NCBI RefSeq assembly: GCF_018977255.1
Contig: NW_024705144.1
Span: forward strand, 1 to 64,000
Origin: Callorhinchus milii
Taxonomy: Eukaryota
DNA length: 64,000 nt
Reading direction: 5' to 3'
The notes beneath the pieces are model-generated. The model saw nothing but the letters and a program-made list of their open reading frames with translations. It was not told the origin of the DNA and did not search any database. Positions 59,316-64,000 of this stretch are shown here, in pieces; the stretch's first letter is position 1; every line of letters begins with the position of its first letter. The translations under genes and the position numbers were made by a program.

Positions 59316-62199
59316 CTAATTTTATTATCCTTTGCTGTCTTTCTCCAAGCCAGTTTCTGATCCAAGTTCCCTTAGTCCCATGGGCTTCAATTCCGCTAAA
59401 AAATCTATTATGTGGCACTATCTCAAACAGCCTTTGTATGTCCCTTTATCCCAAATCAACTGCAGTATTTCTAGAGGTATGTGGGATCTCTTAGGTCATC
59501 AGTGATTTCAATGGCGAAATATGAGATTTTTCTTTCCAAACCTCAGCAGTAACCCAATCTTGCACAGCGAAGGCCCAAGGCTTGGATCAGGATAAATGTG
59601 CTAACACCTGCTTCCTTCGTCCCAATAAAGAATAGTGTCGCTTGGATTTCCCTTCTAAACCAAAAGAAGGCATCACCATGAACGTAGTTGTCCACAGTAT
59701 TATATTAGAGTCAGCCAGGAGATGAGGCTTCAAACTGCAACCTTCTGAGTCAATGCTGCGACCTGATGCAGTCGGGCATATAAACAACAAAAACATGATT
59801 CCGCCAGTTTTTGAACATGGAACGTTTTGCGTATTAGGTGAATGTGATAATCGCTACACTATAGAAACTTGTCTAAGGCCGCCTGCTGGATCAATCCTGA
59901 CCTGAATATGTGGTTTGTTATTAAATTCAACGCACATTTGTTGAATCATCGAATTTTACTGAAGAGTTGAGAAAGTAGAAATTACCTACTTTCTGACATT
60001 TAAACAGAGGCGTGCAGATTACGAAAACATGACCAATATTTCAGCCTGTCGTGAATCGAACGCAGATTTGAGACTTGCGAGTTGTACCGTGTATCTAACC
60101 ACTGAGCTGCAAGACACCACGGTTTGGAATGGAAATTGCAATGTTCTCCGACTGAAGAAAATCACCCACCGTGCCGGACAACAGAGTGTCCATTTTCTGC
60201 AGGCAAAGGTCTCTATCTTATTGGTGGACTCTCGGGCCTTTCCCGCATCTCAATCAATAGTGTTGGCCAAATGCAGCTCCCAGTAATATCGCGCTAATGT
60301 GAAGCCCTCAGTTTCCAGGACACAGATACAGGAACTAAACTCCGTCGAGGATTCAGGGAGTTTCGGCCGTATGTCTACGTTGTAAAATTTTACGAGTGAA
60401 GCCAGAGTACTTCATGCAATTTTAATATTTTACTAACACAACTTTAGTTCAGTAAGTTAACCCCAGTTTCACACAGAAATTCATGTAGCATAAATTGTAT
60501 AGTCCCTCTGCATTCTATGGACCAAGGATTACATTAGTAGAATACACAGATCAGAATTGTCATCAGTATTTATCAGAAGGAATAATTGAATAAACATTAC
60601 TCGAAAACTAAAATAATTCTTAACAGAACAGTAAATAATCAATAATTCGTGAAGGAACAGCAAATATTCAATATTTCGTGATGCAGTGGTACAAAATCAA
60701 TAATGATACATTAGATTATTAACGGCTTGAATGACCGACTAAATCCCCCAACGAAACCATTAAACGGCAGCGACCGACCGTGACCGCTTGTCTCTCCCGA
60801 CCTTGTATCGACTGATACCAGTTACAGGATGATCTGGTCTGCCTCCTCCTTTCCTCTCTCTCTCTCTCTCTCACTAACTTTCTCTGTCAAAGGACTGACA
60901 TACCGGGTGATCTGCCTGCTCTGTTTCTTTCTCTCTCCCTCCCTGACTCGAACGGTCACGAATTTCGTCTTTTCAATATCAGTCTGCCGTTCCCAATCTT
61001 GTGATTCTGTGGTTTTGGTTGGAGATTTCAGCCATTAGCAACTGTAACCACAGAGCTCCTCATTTTCTCTCCCGGGTCCGAGACAACTTCACTCAGGTTT
61101 AGCTCCTATTCTTATACTCTCCAGCAGCATCTGTTCAATTAGCAGTTAACAACGGGTGCTTGTCGTGCAGTCCTTAACCATTGACCAGTGCTCTTGTGAT
61201 TTAATTCACACATTGAGCAATTCCCTTCAATTAACATTCCTACCTCTTCCATTCTGTAATGTGCTTCTCCCTTTCACTTCACGGTTTTCCAAAGGATATA
61301 TTTTGTACAATCCCACCACTTTGGGCCAGTTACTTTACTTCAGTTCTACATACATTATCCTGTACATGGTGGTCATTGAACCGGTAACACATAGTGATGT
61401 GTTTTCACGCATTCTTTTGCCCTCTTAACTCTTCTCTTGATTCCTAATTTTCTCCTGCCAGTCTCTCTGACCTGGTCTTGAGATTGGTCTCTGACACGAT
61501 TCTTTGTCCTGGGAAACGTGACTTTGTCTAACCCAGAGTTTTAAATTCAGTCAGTATGAGCCGCTAGTTTGCATTTTACTGCTTATTTCAGGGGTTTTAC
61601 AGATCGTGCCGTTGTTTATGTTTCTTATTGAACGACAGAGTGCACATTGTACATTGTCAGAAAAATCAACGTTTTTAGTCATGATCGTACACAACATATT
61701 CATCCAAAAGGCTTGAGCTTCCCGTAAACACTGCTGTGTTACCAGACTCTCCACAAGTTCAGAAACCCTGAGCTTGAGCAGCGGGACTCACATTCTTCAC
61801 ATGTTGTTGCCCAGAATATGCGACGTGACGCTCCCGCATGATGCACAATGCACATCCAACATCTCAGCTGTTGTGCCATTTCACAGACGTTTACGTAAAA
61901 TGTATATTATTAGCTCCTTCCCTCTGCACGCATTTCACATTGTGATCATGTTTCTTCGCCAAGTTTCGCTATGTTCAAATTCACTCACTCCGTTAGGATC
62001 TCTGCGGGAGATTTTCTTCGTGTTAATTTTTCCATGTGCGTTCTCCCACATGATTACCCAATCATTGATTTTATTCATCATCGTCTCACGTGGCACTTTG
62101 TCAAAAGCCCGACAGGAAACAGAAATGCGCTACATCCACTATATTTCACTTGTGGTACTTCTCAAATAATTCCCTAAAATTACTTAGCCTGACATTATA

Positions 62200-62520
62200 G
62201 TGGAGTCCTGTATCTCAGTGGTCAGAGCACTCGATTTGCAAGTGAGAGACCTGAGTTCAATTCCCGGCAGAGGGCGAAACCTTGGGCAAGTTTCCTTACT
62301 CCACACGCCTAATAATAATCCCTCAAAAAAAACAATAATAAATAGGTTATTTTCAATCTCTGACTGTTTGTGGGACACTGCTGTGCGCAATTAGCTGCCG
62401 CGTTCGCCCACAAATATAGAGTCAATTCACTTTACAGTGTGTTCTGTGAAGCGCTTTCGGACGTCCTCGAGACGTGAAAAGCGCTAAGTCAAATGAAAGG
62501 ATAATTATTATTATGATTAT
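62200..62520 (+). mobile_element. tRNA-derived SINE, near full length
   Basis: Same family. Confidence 0.85.
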
Positions 62521-62859
62521 TTTGGAAATTGATGATGGCGGCATGCTAAAAATATTCCCTTTTCTCCAGGTACAAGAAACGATATTCAAACGCAAGTCAG
62601 TTCAGGTGCAGAGGAACATTGAAACAATCGCCAAAATCAAACATGTCTCTCAACAGTAGGAATCTTGCATAATACCAGCAACAGTAACACTCTATTTATA
62701 TTTCCACCTATGTTCTTGTGTGTTTTGTCTTCTGCAGTGATAGTTCTGGAGATCACGAAATTGGAGCCCGCAGGTTAGTGACATTCTCTCATGTCATCGG
62801 CATACTTTTCGGGATCTGCAATCGTTGATGAGCTACATATATTTTAAAAAGTAACATAG

Positions 62860-63990
62860 ATCCAAAAAGTGAAGCACAACAACAGCTACAACAAAAACTT
62901 GGGTTTGAAAAGCGACTTCAACGCCGGACGACGTCTCAGAGCGCTTCACAGTAACGGATCCCGGGACCGAGCCAGGGGGAGGGAGAGCATGGTGGCCAAA
63001 GGTGCTTTCGAAAAGAAATGTCTTTAGCAGAGACCTCAAAATAGGAAGGGAGGGAGCGAGACGGAGTGAGTGCGGATGGGATTTCGATAGCCTCGGGTCA
63101 CAGTGGCTGAATTCACGGCAGCCGAGGGTGGAGCGAAGAACACCGGGGCAAGGATGAGGCCATATCCGGAGGAAGGAAGGCAAAGGGTACTTTTGTGGGG
63201 AGAGACGAGGTCAGAGATTTCGGTTGGTGCAGAGGAGTGGGGGTTTTGAATACAATGGTGAGGATCTTGACATCGAACATCTCTGGGATAGGCAGACAGT
63301 GCAGTCTGCCCAGGTCTGGGGTGATCGTGGAGCGGAGTTTCGTGCGAGTGAAAAAGCGGGCTGCAGAGTTTTGAATGATTTGGATTTTATGGATGGTTGT
63401 GGAGGAGAGAACGGCGAGGTGGGCGTTAGAGCAGTCCAGCGGAGAGGTGACTGAGGCATGGACCAGGGTTTCTGCATCTTTTGGGGCGAGGATTTGGCGG
63501 AGACGGGTAATGCGACGAAGGTGGAAAAAGGAGTTGCTGGTGAGGGATCAGATTTGGGGGAGGAAGGATAATTGGGGATCGAACCTGACGCCGACGTTGC
63601 GTACGGGTTCGGAGAGTTTTACGGAGAGATCTGGTAGATTGATGAGGTGAGAACCATGAGGTTCGAAACGTTAACGAGAGTAGAAGAGAATGGCTTCCTT
63701 CTTGTCAATGTTCTGTTTAAGGAAGTTAGCGCACATCCAGCCCCTGAGGTCTGACAGGCAGAACATCAGGGGACTGGGGGTCGCAATGAGAGGTGGAAAA
63801 GTAGAGTTGGGTGTTATCTAGATTCATGAGGAAATGTATCCCATGTCCTCGGGTGACATCCCGAAGAGGGAGAATGTTGGTCAGAAGGGGAGGAGGCAAA
63901 GCATGGTTCCTTGGTGTTCCCGCAGGTAACCGGGTGAGAGCGGGAGGAGAAGCCATGTGTGAAGATGTACTGCTGGCAATTTGTGAGGTA
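62860..63990 (-). mobile_element. Older decayed L2 fragment
   Basis: Degenerate YLSTS...VKNLG...IKSFKTLQP and tail remnants. Confidence 0.65.
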
Positions 63991-64000
63991 GGACACGATC

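Noticed and set aside
60780-61050. TGGTATCAG on the - strand as an LTR primer-binding site
   Set aside because: No flanking LTR pair or gag/pol sequence recognised.

Overview
Eukaryotic genomic DNA from a cartilaginous fish (inferred from the Ig cluster layout and repeat types; possibly a chimaera). It has four assembly gaps. (1) 9.2-21.1 kb, + strand: one unrearranged IgM heavy-chain cluster of the shark type: leader, VH, D1, D2, JH, CH1-CH4 with secretory tail, TM1 and TM2. All recombination signals are readable and most of CH1 lies in a gap. (2) 33.7-44.2 kb, - strand: a 12-coding-exon USP21-like deubiquitinase gene that the ORF track misses. Spliced by hand it gives an intact 569-aa frame with the catalytic Cys kept but His changed to Tyr and Asn-Asp changed to Ser-Asn, so it is a candidate pseudo-DUB. 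It has a U12-type AT-AG intron, an array of duplicated splice acceptors and a triple-CRE GC-rich promoter. (3) 50.1-51.1 kb, + strand: the first two exons of an SLC35F3/F4-like transporter with two 1-nt frameshifts. (4) A segmental duplication (1-2.9 kb vs 29.7-32.0 kb) brackets the IgM cluster; the second copy ends in a fold-back inversion that splits a TATA promoter. The rest is L2 and CR1 LINE fragments, tRNA-derived SINEs and CT/GA or CA simple repeats. Gene names come from remembered protein motifs; no database search was run.
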